Shown: in pieces, positions 17,459 through 26,288 of the stretch
How positions within the stretch are numbered: the first letter of the stretch is position 1
Layout of the letters: each line of letters starts with the position of its first letter
NCBI RefSeq assembly: GCF_000427095.1
Contig: NC_021487.1
Coordinates: 1,629,146 to 1,661,145, forward strand
Length of the DNA stretch: 32,000 bases
Reading direction: 5' to 3'
DNA from: Chthonomonas calidirosea T49
Lineage (GTDB): Bacteria; Armatimonadota; Chthonomonadetes; Chthonomonadales; Chthonomonadaceae
Position numbers and translations under genes: made by a program
The notes under the pieces: generated by a model
Database searches by the model: none
What the model saw: the letters and a program-made list of their open reading frames with translations, nothing else
Told to the model about the DNA's origin: nothing

Positions 17459-18745
17459 TCACTGCGTATTGAGGCCTAACGTTACCCGTATGGGCCCTCC
17501 GCCCGCAGTATAGATCACCTCCGCCGGGTAGTCGTCTGGGGGAGTGAGGGATGCCTGCAAAACACGCAGCGTGAAGTTTGCCACGACCGCCTGCCCTGGA
17601 GCAAGATTGGGAAAGACGGCAGCGTCGGCAGGGTTACACTGCAAATTGGCCGGCAGCTTGTCGAGGAGCATACCCAGCTTCACCAAAGCGATGGTGTGCA
17701 GGCCTCCGTTGGAGAGGGTCAACTGAACCTGATAGCCTTGATTTTGATTCATAGGGTCCTGAGCGAGGAGTGGCAGCACGGTCATGTCGGGTGCTATTCC
17801 GAGCAAAACGGTTCCGATGATGGAGAGGTGGTCGGCGACACGACCAAGCGCATCCTCAAGTGTCTTTCCTAAATCTGCCGGTACAACATGGTCTATGCGA
17901 TAGTTTCGACACAAGCTTTGCGCCTGCCCGACGATAAGAGAAGCGGCCTTAAGGCTTTGAATGCACTCCTCCGAATCGGAGGCATTCAAAAGCCGATGAT
18001 AGTCCGCAGAGCCTTCATAGAGGATGTGACGCAGGCGATCGGCAGCGCTTCGCCTCTGCTTTGCAAACTGATGCAACGCTTCGAGCGTATCTGAAAGCGC
18101 CTGAAGCAGCGCGCTTCTTTCGTCTGTAAAGCGGTAGAGGGCAAGCTCGCCTGGCGCGAGACGATCGCGTTTCTCCACGATGCCGGCTCGCTTTAAAATC
18201 ACTCCCTGAAACCAGTGCAGGTCAAGCCCCGGTGGGCTCTGCACGGCGATGGTGCGAAGGGCTACCTGCGGTGAGATGATCGTTGAGAGGCTCTCGATCC
18301 GATAGATACCTGCTGACAAGGAGGTGCTCAGTTGGAGGTCTATCGGTTGTGTTGAGGTGTTTTGAACAAAGACCCCTAACCCCTCGGCAGTGACGGCAGC
18401 ATAGGCTACGAGGCCGGGCGTCACCGAATCGGAGTTTAGGTGGATGGCCACAGGAGTACCATCCAAACGCCCCCATTCCCACCACATCTGACGGTTACGG
18501 AACGCACTAGGAACCTGTTCAAGGCTGGCCTTAATAAGCTGAAGACGATTGGGGTCTGCTGTCAGCACCTGAGTGGGGTTCACGGTGATTTGCACATTGA
18601 CAGGGGCGACAAAGTCGGGCGTTTGTGCGGTGATTTGAGATTGAGTGCCCAACAACGCGACCACCATTCCTCCCGCAAGAGAGACGCTAACCAGGGTATA
18701 GAGCCATCGCCTATTTTTTGGGAGGAGGAAAAAGTTACCGTTCAT
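17459..18745 (-). CDS. Hypothetical exported or membrane-anchored protein with no recognisable family
   Basis: 428-aa ORF with an N-terminal hydrophobic anchor (WLYTLVSVSLAGGMVVALLG). An ATGA overlap with the upstream DUF951 stop suggests coupling. The next gene follows after a 24-nt gap. I recognise no motifs. Confidence 0.6.
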   Translation of the reverse strand: MNGNFFLLPKNRRWLYTLVSVSLAGGMVVALLGTQSQITAQTPDFVAPVNVQITVNPTQVLTADPNRLQLIKASLEQVPSAFRNRQMWWEWGRLDGTPVAIHLNSDSVTPGLVAYAAVTAEGLGVFVQNTSTQPIDLQLSTSLSAGIYRIESLSTIISPQVALRTIAVQSPPGLDLHWFQGVILKRAGIVEKRDRLAPGELALYRFTDERSALLQALSDTLEALHQFAKQRRSAADRLRHILYEGSADYHRLLNASDSEECIQSLKAASLIVGQAQSLCRNYRIDHVVPADLGKTLEDALGRVADHLSIIGTVLLGIAPDMTVLPLLAQDPMNQNQGYQVQLTLSNGGLHTIALVKLGMLLDKLPANLQCNPADAAVFPNLAPGQAVVANFTLRVLQASLTPPDDYPAEVIYTAGGGPIRVTLGLNTQ

Positions 18746-18966
18746 TGTCCCTTCCCTCTCACCGACGCATCCTCATCGGGGCTGAGCACCTTCCGAATAC
18801 GCCGTTCGAACTCCTCGCGCGGCAGCATCACACGTCGCCTACAGCGCATGCAGACGGCGGCGATATCGGCCCCCACGTATGTTACCGTCCACAGATCGCC
18901 TCCGCAGGGATGTTTTTTCCGCAGTTGAACGGTCATACCCACCTTAATAGGAATGCATTCGGGCAT
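18742..18966 (-). CDS. DUF951 family small protein (putative Zn-ribbon)
   Basis: 74 aa with the pattern RKKHPCGG..W.V...GADI...C..C.R.V.....F typical of DUF951 as I remember it. The two Cys pairs are HPCGG and CMRC. Confidence 0.7.
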   Translation of the reverse strand: MPECIPIKVGMTVQLRKKHPCGGDLWTVTYVGADIAAVCMRCRRRVMLPREEFERRIRKVLSPDEDASVRGKGQ

Positions 18967-19014
18967 AGAAGCCCTCCTTAGGCTTCTCCTCTAGGTTGGG
19001 CCGGGTGTTGCTCA

Positions 19015-20157
19015 TTAAGCCCTGTTTGCAAGCAAAGGAGACCCCTCTGGCACACCTAGCGGTAAAAGTTGGTACTGTGTGGTGCGACGCATCGGTTCGT
19101 AACCTGCAGCCCGAATCAAGCGCTCTATCTCCTCAATCGGCAGGGTAAACACGCAGCCGGCAGCCGAGACCACATTCTCTTCCATCATGGTGCTGCCGAA
19201 ATCGTTGAGGCCATAGCGCAGCGCGATCTGGGCGATCTTCGGCCCTTGGGTAACCCATGAGGCCTGCATATGGGGCACATTATCGAGCATAAGCCGTGAG
19301 ACGGCCACCGTACGCAGATAGTCGAAGGCGGAAGCACGCTCCATCGGCAGCTCCGTTCCCTCCGGTTGGAACGACCAAGGAATAAAAGCCGTAAAGCCCC
19401 CCGTTTCATCTTGCAGCTCACGTACACGCAGCAGATGCTCAATGCGATCCTCATAGGTCTCTACCGAGCCGTACATCATAGTGGCCGTCGTGCGTAGGCC
19501 GGCTTTATGAGCCTCCCGCATACAGTTTATCCACTCGTCCGCCGTGTCCTTATAGGGCGCAATGATCTCACGCACGCGATCGGTCAGGATCTCGGCTCCG
19601 CCTCCCGGCACACTATCGAGCCCTGCGGCTTTAAGCCGTTGAAAGAGCTCAGCAAGAGAGATTTTGCTAATTTTCGCGATATAGATAAGCTCGGCGGGAG
19701 AGAAAGCATGTATGATCACACCATAGGCACCAAAACGCGCCTTAATACTGGCTAAGAGATCTTCGTACCACTCTAGTTTCAGCTTTGGGTTGAGCCCACC
19801 CTGCATGAGGATTTCGATGCCACCTAAATCCACCATCTGCTGGATTTTCTCGAAAATCTGCTCTTTCGTAAGCACGTACCCCTCTTCATGACCAGGTACC
19901 CTATAGAAGGCACAGAACTTGCAACGAACCCAACAGACGTTGGTGTAGTTGATATTGCGTCCGACGATGTAGGTAACGATATGATTGGTGGCGGGATGCA
20001 GGCGCTCACGAACCACGTTGGCTAGATGAGCGAGTTCGGGCAGACAGGGATAGTGGAAAAGCCAAAGGCCTTCCTCTGCCGTCAGACGCTCTCCAGCGTA
20101 GACCTTATCGGCAATGTGCTCTATAGAAAGAGGCGCGATGGATTGCAGGGTTGGCAT
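19015..20157 (-). CDS. Radical SAM enzyme of the futalosine menaquinone pathway (MqnC/MqnE family)
   Basis: Radical SAM cluster motif CWVRCKFCAF, plus VPGGGAEIL, ATMMYGSVET and TGGFTAFIPWSFQP, typical of the CofH/MqnC/MqnE clade. I cannot separate MqnC from MqnE by eye. Confidence 0.85.
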   Translation of the reverse strand: MPTLQSIAPLSIEHIADKVYAGERLTAEEGLWLFHYPCLPELAHLANVVRERLHPATNHIVTYIVGRNINYTNVCWVRCKFCAFYRVPGHEEGYVLTKEQIFEKIQQMVDLGGIEILMQGGLNPKLKLEWYEDLLASIKARFGAYGVIIHAFSPAELIYIAKISKISLAELFQRLKAAGLDSVPGGGAEILTDRVREIIAPYKDTADEWINCMREAHKAGLRTTATMMYGSVETYEDRIEHLLRVRELQDETGGFTAFIPWSFQPEGTELPMERASAFDYLRTVAVSRLMLDNVPHMQASWVTQGPKIAQIALRYGLNDFGSTMMEENVVSAAGCVFTLPIEEIERLIRAAGYEPMRRTTQYQLLPLGVPEGSPLLANRA

Positions 20158-20288
20158 GAAACAAACTCCATGATATCGCTAACAGCTCATTATACCCGCT
20201 AAACCCAACGAGCCCTGCATGCCTCGCGGATAACGCCTTCGTGACCACAGCCCATACCCAGACGTAATAGTAAACAGGAGGTGCGGCC

Positions 20289-20627
20289 TTGAGCGATCTA
20301 CACTTTCATCATATAGCGGTTGAGGTACCCCATATCGCTGAGGCAGTGGAATGGTACAAAAATACTCTGCCCAACGTGCGGGTGCTCTATCAAGATGCAA
20401 CTTGGGCTTTTATTGAAGTGGGTGGGGTGAAGATAGCTTTTGTTCTTCCCTCCCAACATCCTTCGCATATTGCTTGGCGTGTTGGAGATGAGACGTTGGA
20501 GCAACTAGCACAGCGGTTCGGTGCTACCATAAAAACGCACCGTGACGGCTCCCGCAGCTTCTATCTTAAAGCCCCTGGTGGCTTTCACATCGAGATCATC
20601 TCTATGGATGAGAGCTCCTTAAAATAG
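20289..20627 (+). CDS. VOC (glyoxalase/bleomycin-resistance/dioxygenase fold) family protein
   Basis: 112 aa with a TTG start preceded by AGGAGG (20276-20281). HHIAVEV at the N-terminus and HIEII near the C-terminus fit a single VOC module. Confidence 0.65.
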   Translation: MSDLHFHHIAVEVPHIAEAVEWYKNTLPNVRVLYQDATWAFIEVGGVKIAFVLPSQHPSHIAWRVGDETLEQLAQRFGATIKTHRDGSRSFYLKAPGGFHIEIISMDESSLK

Positions 20628-20654
20628 CCTCTCCGTTGCGACGTCTATAGGAAG

Positions 20655-20681
20655 TAGAGGCGATCCGGTAGTTCGCCTCTA
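20655..20681 (+). terminator. Hairpin 28 nt downstream of the VOC gene stop
   Basis: TAGAGGCGA-tccggtagt-TCGCCTCTA: a 9-bp stem followed by aaccatttct, which is only weakly T-rich. Confidence 0.35.
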
Positions 20682-20871
20682 ACCATTTCTCCCGGAAAGC
20701 TCCCATTTGAAGCGGCACTCGCTCGGTGAGCGCCATCGTCTCAACAAGCATAAAGGGCTTGCTTGAGCCCTGCCTCCCTTGGTTACCGACTGCAAGATGG
20801 AGTAGGCTAGATGAGGTGCGAACCCACTTCGCCACTTCAATCGATTGACCTCGACTCAACAGACAGCCCTG

Positions 20872-21777
20872 CTAGCGATTCTCTTTCATTACCTGTAGAA
20901 GGGCAGTGCTGGCCTCGAAAAGCTGCTTCGTTTGAGCTTTCATCTGCTCCCACTGCTCGGGGGTGCAGTTAAGCCATTCCTGCACATCGGGGTGGAGGGC
21001 ATGGGGCTGCGTATGTTCTGAAGCCACATAGCCGCACTCCCAAGCCAAAATATCGCCGGCATGTACCGCCGCCACGAGATCGAAGTTCTCACTTCTCAGG
21101 GAGGGACGGTGGTGCTCACCGATCATGGCCACGAGGTGTGATGGAAAGTTCCAGTGCTCGGCAATGCGACGTCCGACCGTGAGATGGTCAATCCCTAAGA
21201 CCATGCTCTCCGCCTCGTCCGAGGTCTTCTTCTCCCTAGCGGCAAAGGCCATGGTAACTGCATACTGAACGGGAAAATAGCTGTCCAAATACAGCGCCCC
21301 AATGTCGTGTAGCAATCCGCCGATGAAGCTCTCTTCCTTGGCGTTGCGCGTGCGGGGCAGACGTTGTTGAGCTATAATACAGGAGGCCACCGCAGCGGCG
21401 ACCGAATGCTCCCAAAAGGCTGTACGGTTTAGGCCATAGGGCATAGATTTATGATTGAGTTGTCCAAAGGCGGAAACGCCTAGCACCAGGTTCCGCACCG
21501 TGTTATAACCCAAAATGACTACGGCGTGGGTTAGCGTGCTGATCCGTTTCGGAAAACCGTAGTAGGCCGAATTCACAATGCGCAGAATCTTCGAAGCCAA
21601 CCCCTGATCCATAGAGATGAGCCGGTTCAGCTCCTCGGCCGACGAATTCGGATCGTTTACAGTTTGTAGAATCTTGCTGACTACCGCCGGCAGGGGCGGC
21701 AGATCGGAGAGTTTTTTCTCCAGTGTCTGTTGAAAGACGTTGCGATCAATACGTACGGATTTAATTTCAGGCGGCAT
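20872..21777 (-). CDS. HDOD domain protein (HD-related output domain)
   Basis: LPPLPAVVSKILQTVNDPNSSAEELNRLISMDQGLASKILRIVNSAYYGFPKRISTLTHAVVILG is a textbook HDOD N-terminus, with LLHDIG later. The start overlaps the cheA stop by 11 nt. Confidence 0.85.
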   Translation of the reverse strand: MPPEIKSVRIDRNVFQQTLEKKLSDLPPLPAVVSKILQTVNDPNSSAEELNRLISMDQGLASKILRIVNSAYYGFPKRISTLTHAVVILGYNTVRNLVLGVSAFGQLNHKSMPYGLNRTAFWEHSVAAAVASCIIAQQRLPRTRNAKEESFIGGLLHDIGALYLDSYFPVQYAVTMAFAAREKKTSDEAESMVLGIDHLTVGRRIAEHWNFPSHLVAMIGEHHRPSLRSENFDLVAAVHAGDILAWECGYVASEHTQPHALHPDVQEWLNCTPEQWEQMKAQTKQLFEASTALLQVMKENR

Positions 21778-23944
21778 GTGCTTTCACTCCTCTCTGATGG
21801 TTAGCAAGGTTCAGAATGCCCTCAACGTCAAGAATAAGGGCCATGCGTCCATCCCCTAAAATGGTGGCGCCGGACACTCCTTGAACATCTCCAATGAACT
21901 TGCCAAGCGTTTTTATCACGATCTCTTGTTCCCCGATAAAGCGGTCCACAATGAGACCGATCCGATCGCGTTCCAAACCCACGACAACCACATTCAAAGC
22001 TTGCTTCTCCGGTTTGTGCTTGCATTCCGATCTCACAACGGCAAGGGTTTTGTTGGATTGAGCTGTATGAGCGGGCAGAAGGTTTTGAAGATGAGCCAGA
22101 CGCAACGTCTCCCCACGCAGGAGAATGGTAGGCTGGCGACGCACCGAGCGCACGTTTTGGAGGTCAACTCGCAGGGTTTCAGCTACCGAGTTGAGCGGGA
22201 TAGCATACACGGCCTCTCCTACGCGCACCAATAGGCTGCGGATAATGGCTAAAGTAAGCGGCAGGCGGATGCAGAAGCGTGTGCCTTTGCCCACCCAGCT
22301 TTCGATGTCTATGGTGGCTCCTAGGCGCTGTAGATTGCTGCGTACGATGTCCATACCTACCCCTCGACCCGATACATCCGATACCTGCTGCGCGGTGGAA
22401 AAGCCGGGGGTAAAGATGAGAGCGATGGCCTCGCGATCGGAGAGGCGCTGAGCGGCCTCGCGAGACATCAGCCCTTTTTGAACGGCAGCCTCGCGCATCT
22501 TGGTGGGGTCTATGCCGCGGCCATCGTCCTCTACTTCTATAATAATGTGGTTCTCTTGATGTCGAGCGCGCAACCATACCGTACCAGCGCGGGGTTTCCC
22601 TAATCGCTCTCGTTCTTCTGGCGGCTCGATGCCGTGGTCAACGCTGTTGCGCAGCATGTGAATGAGGGGGTCTCCGATGGCTTCAATGACGGAGCGATCG
22701 AGCTCGGTCTCTTTGCCTTCGATCTCGAACTGAAACTCTTTGTTGAGACGCTTGGCAAGGTCGCGCATCATCCGTGGAAAGCGGTTGAACACATTCTCGA
22801 TCGGCAGCATGCGCGCTTTCATCACCTCATCTTGGAGCTGATCGGTGATGCGGGCAATATGTATGGCGACCTCCTGGAGATGCTCCATCGTGGCATCGTT
22901 CCCTAGCTGATGCTCGATTTGAGCGCAGAGTTGGGCAATACGCGTGCGGTCAATGACAAGCTCCCCGATGAGGTTCATCAGGTTATCTAGACGGTTTACA
23001 TCTACCCGAATGGTCTGAGGTTGAGGGGCTGATGTTGTTTGTTGGCCTTTCTCTTTTGACAGCTCTTCCTTAGAAGCCGCTTGGACCTCTGTTTCATGAA
23101 GGCCTGTGGGCTCTACGTTCGCGGCTGTTTGCGGCTTCGTAGAGGCTGGCGGCATCCATGGCACTATGTTTACACCGACCACTTCGCTAATGCGCTCCAC
23201 TTCAGCGCGCAGCTTTTCCACAGGTTGAGTCGTGGCAACAAGAACGGTGAAGCTTGTCCCAAAGCGTTCTTCCTCCAAAGCGGCTTCATCTGGCCAGGTA
23301 TGTAAGACCGCTCCCACAGCCTCCAGCCCTTGCAGTACCATCAGCGCCCTTACCGACTTCAACATGGAGTCGGGGGCGAGAGAAACGTCTATACGATAGA
23401 GCGCATGGCCGGTGGCAAGCGCTTGTTGGCACGCCTCCAAGGTGCTTTCGGAAAGAGCGAGCTCCTCCCCTTCGGTGGTTTGGGAGGGAGAGGCGTTCAT
23501 AGTAGGGTCTTGGCAATGGGCCACAGCGCGCAGTTGGGCTGTGAGCGCCGATGTCTCATGCTGTGTTGTTCCCGTATCGGCTATCTCGATCAGCATGACT
23601 TTGAGGGCGTCAAGCCCTTGAAAGAGCACATCAACGAGCTCAGGTGTCACCTCGATTTGCCGGTTTCTCAGCAGATCGAAGAGGTCTTCCATCGCGTGCG
23701 TCAGATCGCCCATGGCCTGATAGCCCATAGCACGCGCCGCGCCTTTCAGGGTATGTGCGGCCCGAAATATCTCCTGCAGCAGCTCCGATGAGGCCTCCTG
23801 CTCAAGTTTTAGGATGTCCTGTTCCAAAAGCTCGATCTGCTCGTTGGCCTCCTGCAGGAACACCTGAAGAAACGAACGCATCTCCTCGTTCATCACAGAG
23901 CTTCTTTCCTTACTATGGGCATTATCGTTACCGTCCGCTGACAT
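21767..23944 (-). CDS. cheA: Chemotaxis histidine kinase CheA
   Basis: Hpt with AAHTLKGAARAMG; a P2-like segment; dimerisation IRVDVNRLDNLMNLIGELVI; HATPase motifs HMLRNSVDHGIE, DDGRGID and GRGVGMD; and a C-terminal CheW-like domain. ATG at 23944 overlaps cheW by 17 nt and has no SD. ATG at 23893 (MNEEMRSF) has an AAGGAAAG stretch upstream. The start is unresolved. Confidence 0.93.
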   Translation of the reverse strand: MSADGNDNAHSKERSSVMNEEMRSFLQVFLQEANEQIELLEQDILKLEQEASSELLQEIFRAAHTLKGAARAMGYQAMGDLTHAMEDLFDLLRNRQIEVTPELVDVLFQGLDALKVMLIEIADTGTTQHETSALTAQLRAVAHCQDPTMNASPSQTTEGEELALSESTLEACQQALATGHALYRIDVSLAPDSMLKSVRALMVLQGLEAVGAVLHTWPDEAALEEERFGTSFTVLVATTQPVEKLRAEVERISEVVGVNIVPWMPPASTKPQTAANVEPTGLHETEVQAASKEELSKEKGQQTTSAPQPQTIRVDVNRLDNLMNLIGELVIDRTRIAQLCAQIEHQLGNDATMEHLQEVAIHIARITDQLQDEVMKARMLPIENVFNRFPRMMRDLAKRLNKEFQFEIEGKETELDRSVIEAIGDPLIHMLRNSVDHGIEPPEERERLGKPRAGTVWLRARHQENHIIIEVEDDGRGIDPTKMREAAVQKGLMSREAAQRLSDREAIALIFTPGFSTAQQVSDVSGRGVGMDIVRSNLQRLGATIDIESWVGKGTRFCIRLPLTLAIIRSLLVRVGEAVYAIPLNSVAETLRVDLQNVRSVRRQPTILLRGETLRLAHLQNLLPAHTAQSNKTLAVVRSECKHKPEKQALNVVVVGLERDRIGLIVDRFIGEQEIVIKTLGKFIGDVQGVSGATILGDGRMALILDVEGILNLANHQRGVKAHAA

Positions 23945-24416
23945 CGGAGGGCTTCAGCACGGCCTCCACATTGAGGAGGATGATCAGCTCGTCCTGGTGC
24001 TTTCCGACGCCTAGAACAAACTCTGAATCCACCGTCTCGACCATCTCGGCAGGCTTCTCGATGAGGGTTTCCGAGAGTCTCAAAACCCCCACGACGCTAT
24101 CTACCTCAAGCCCCACGAGGCTGCCGTCATAGTTCACAACGATAACGCGCTGGCTCGAAGCCGACGTCCTTGCTTCCGCCGCTGGCTCTTCCGCTTCGGG
24201 GAGCCCTAAACGACGTCGCAGGTTAACGATCGGCACAATTTTGCCGCGTAGATTGATGATCCCCTTTAAGTCTTCGGCCGATCGGGGAACGTGGGTAACC
24301 TCTTGAGGCCGAATGATCTCATTGATCGCGGCAATTTCGATGCCGTAGGTCTCTCTGGCAAGGCGAAAGGCAACGAGTTGCAGCTCGCGTTCCGCCGCTT
24401 CGGTCGTAGGTGCCAA
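23928..24416 (-). CDS. cheW: Chemotaxis coupling protein CheW
   Basis: 162-aa CheW-like fold (LVAFRLARETYGIEI..INEI....VTHVP.....KGIINLRGKIVPIVNLRRRLG). TTG start at 24416 with a GGGGG stretch 11 nt upstream. Confidence 0.9.
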   Translation of the reverse strand: MAPTTEAAERELQLVAFRLARETYGIEIAAINEIIRPQEVTHVPRSAEDLKGIINLRGKIVPIVNLRRRLGLPEAEEPAAEARTSASSQRVIVVNYDGSLVGLEVDSVVGVLRLSETLIEKPAEMVETVDSEFVLGVGKHQDELIILLNVEAVLKPSDVSGR

Positions 24417-24457
24417 AGTTATCTTAACCCCCTTATCTCATGGCAATTGCGAAGCTA

Positions 24458-24486
24458 TTTTCGGTAAGAATAAGAGGGAGCTTTAG
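24458..24486 (-). promoter_or_regulatory. Weak sigma-28 (FliA/SigD)-like promoter candidate upstream of cheW
   Basis: The minus strand reads CTAAAG-15 nt-ACCGAAAA. Against the consensus TAAA-N15-GCCGATAA, the -10 matches 6 of 8 and the spacing is off by one. It lies 41 nt upstream of the TTG start. Confidence 0.2.
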
Positions 24487-24649
24487 CATTTTAGGAGGGC
24501 GTGATAGCCAAGTTGGGAAGAAAAGCACAATCGTTTGCGCAAAAGGGAGCTGGGAACGATTCTCGACAGCAAGCCTATCAGGGGAAGTAAACGACCACTG
24601 CTTTACAGTTCTCTTTCGCACCGTGCCCCCAGACCAAACAGGTGCGAAC

Positions 24650-24677
24650 GTAGGGGCGCAGAGACCTGTGCCCCTAC
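24650..24677 (-). terminator. Hairpin overlapping the trmFO stop codon (no U tract)
   Basis: GTAGGGGC-12 nt-GCCCCTAC: an 8-bp stem. The stop codon (24674-24676) lies inside the right arm. Confidence 0.3.
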
Positions 24678-26074
24678 TTCCAGTCGGCCTCGATCTGTTG
24701 GGCGAACGCAGAGATAGCCTCAAGGGCGCGCTCTGCTTTTAGACGCGCCTTTTCTCGTTTATCGCGCACCGTGAGGCCTTGCAGTTCGGGCACAAGCCCC
24801 CAGTTGGCGTTCATCGGGGCAAAATGTTTGGGGTCGGCCTCCACTAGATAGTGGCAAAGGGCGCCCAACACGGTTATTTTGGGTGGCACGGCGGGCGGTA
24901 AACCTTTCAGCCATCGTAGGGCATTGATGCCGGCGATCATCCCGATAGCTGCCGACTCCAGGTAGCCTTCCACGCCCGTGATCTGGCCGGCCAAGAAGAT
25001 TCCGGGATGCTTTCTCAGTTCAGCGTGTGCCGTAAGCACCAGCGGTGCGTTTACATAGGTGTTACGGTGCATCACGCCATAGCGCACGAACTCAGCGTTC
25101 TCAAGGCCAGGGATCATTCGAAAGATGCGCTTCTGCTCGCCCCATTTCAAGCGCGTTTGAAACCCCACCATCCCCCAAAGGGTGCCCTCCCGATTCTCCT
25201 GCCGCAACTGCACCACCGCGTAGGGGCGCTTTCCAGTGCGTGGGTCTATCAACCCTATTGGCTTCATGGGGCCGTAGAGAAGGGTTCGAGGTCCGCGCCG
25301 TGCCAACTCTTCAATAGGCACACACATTTCAAAGAACACCATCTTTTGTGCCGGCTCCGCCTGTTCAAAATCGTGCAGAGGGGCCAACTCCGCATGGCAA
25401 AGCGCCTCCCAGAAGGCCATATACTCTTCTTTGGTAAGGGGACAGTTCAGGTAGTCTGCGCTTATCGCCGTCTCGGTTGCGCATTCGGCAGTGGCTTCGC
25501 CACCCACCCCTTCTTGCCTGGCGCCGCGCCCTCGCCGCGAGGCGCGAAATAGGCGGCTCCAATCCAGGCTTTCGCCAAGCACGGTGGGGGCGACCGCGTC
25601 GTAAAACGAGAGGGCGGTGTTGTCCGTAAGCTGCTTCAGCTCCTGTGCCAGCGCATCCGAGGTAAGCGGACCGGTGGCGAGAATGAGGGGGCGCGCCTCA
25701 GGGAGTTGCGTTACCTCCTCTCGAATCACGGTGATGTTTGGATGGCTCTCGATGGCCGCGGTAACGTCACATGCAAACCGTTCACGGTCTACCGCCAAGG
25801 CCTCTCCAGCCGGCACCGCATGGCGCTGAGCGATAGGCAGAATGAGGGAGCCGAGTCGACGCATCTCCTCCTTTAAAACGCCACTCGCGTTGGTCAGCAA
25901 CGTGGATTTAAAAGAGTTAGAGCATACCAGCTCGGCTAGGTTCGCCGTACGGTGCACCGGCGTCTGACGTTTGGGACGCATTTCGTAAAGGTGCACTTTT
26001 GCACCACGCTGTGCACACGCCCACGCAGCTTCTACTCCGGCAAAACCGCCACCGACAACGGTTATCGTCTCCAT
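24674..26074 (-). CDS. trmFO: Methylenetetrahydrofolate--tRNA-(uracil54-C5)-methyltransferase TrmFO
   Basis: FAD-binding N-terminus ITVVGGGFAGVEAAWA, plus CSNSFKS, YLNCP and GQITGVEGYLESAA. I chose ATG at 26074 (METITVVGGG) over the 27-codon upstream extension from 26155. Confidence 0.92.
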   Translation of the reverse strand: METITVVGGGFAGVEAAWACAQRGAKVHLYEMRPKRQTPVHRTANLAELVCSNSFKSTLLTNASGVLKEEMRRLGSLILPIAQRHAVPAGEALAVDRERFACDVTAAIESHPNITVIREEVTQLPEARPLILATGPLTSDALAQELKQLTDNTALSFYDAVAPTVLGESLDWSRLFRASRRGRGARQEGVGGEATAECATETAISADYLNCPLTKEEYMAFWEALCHAELAPLHDFEQAEPAQKMVFFEMCVPIEELARRGPRTLLYGPMKPIGLIDPRTGKRPYAVVQLRQENREGTLWGMVGFQTRLKWGEQKRIFRMIPGLENAEFVRYGVMHRNTYVNAPLVLTAHAELRKHPGIFLAGQITGVEGYLESAAIGMIAGINALRWLKGLPPAVPPKITVLGALCHYLVEADPKHFAPMNANWGLVPELQGLTVRDKREKARLKAERALEAISAFAQQIEADWK

Positions 26075-26180
26075 TTTCTGTTGCGCTCCGCTTTCGCAGC
26101 ACCTGGGGTGATTCTTGTTTCCACTCTTGCCTGTTGAGCGAAGAGGGCACCCCAACCAAGCTACAACCCCTATGATACCC

Positions 26181-26207
26181 TACCCTTCTCCTTTCAGGAG
26201 AAGGGTA
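26181..26207. other. Perfect 12-bp inverted repeat with a 3-nt loop between the muramidase gene and trmFO
   Basis: TACCCTTCTCCT-ttc-AGGAGAAGGGTA; all 12 pairs checked by hand. No U tract on either strand. Confidence 0.5.
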
Positions 26208-26288
26208 AGGAGATGGAGCCGTTATACGCTTACGCAAGCTGACATCCTACATTCTCCATCTGCTATTCGCCATTCCCTTGAATTGACG

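Noticed and set aside
20814-20834. tRNA-3'-end-like string aggtgcgaacccacttcgcca, a possible att or tRNA fragment
   Set aside because: I tried to fold a T-arm and acceptor. The T-loop has G at the invariant T55 position, the T-stem does not pair, the CCA is at the wrong distance, and no matching 5' acceptor strand exists upstream.
20602-20859. 85-aa minus-strand ORF in the VOC/HDOD convergent intergenic region
   Set aside because: It has no SD, overlaps the VOC 3' end, and has no recognisable motif. The region is more simply a terminator-containing spacer.
25007-25552. 181-aa plus-strand ORF inside trmFO
   Set aside because: It is antisense to the conserved trmFO coding sequence, with no motifs and no SD.
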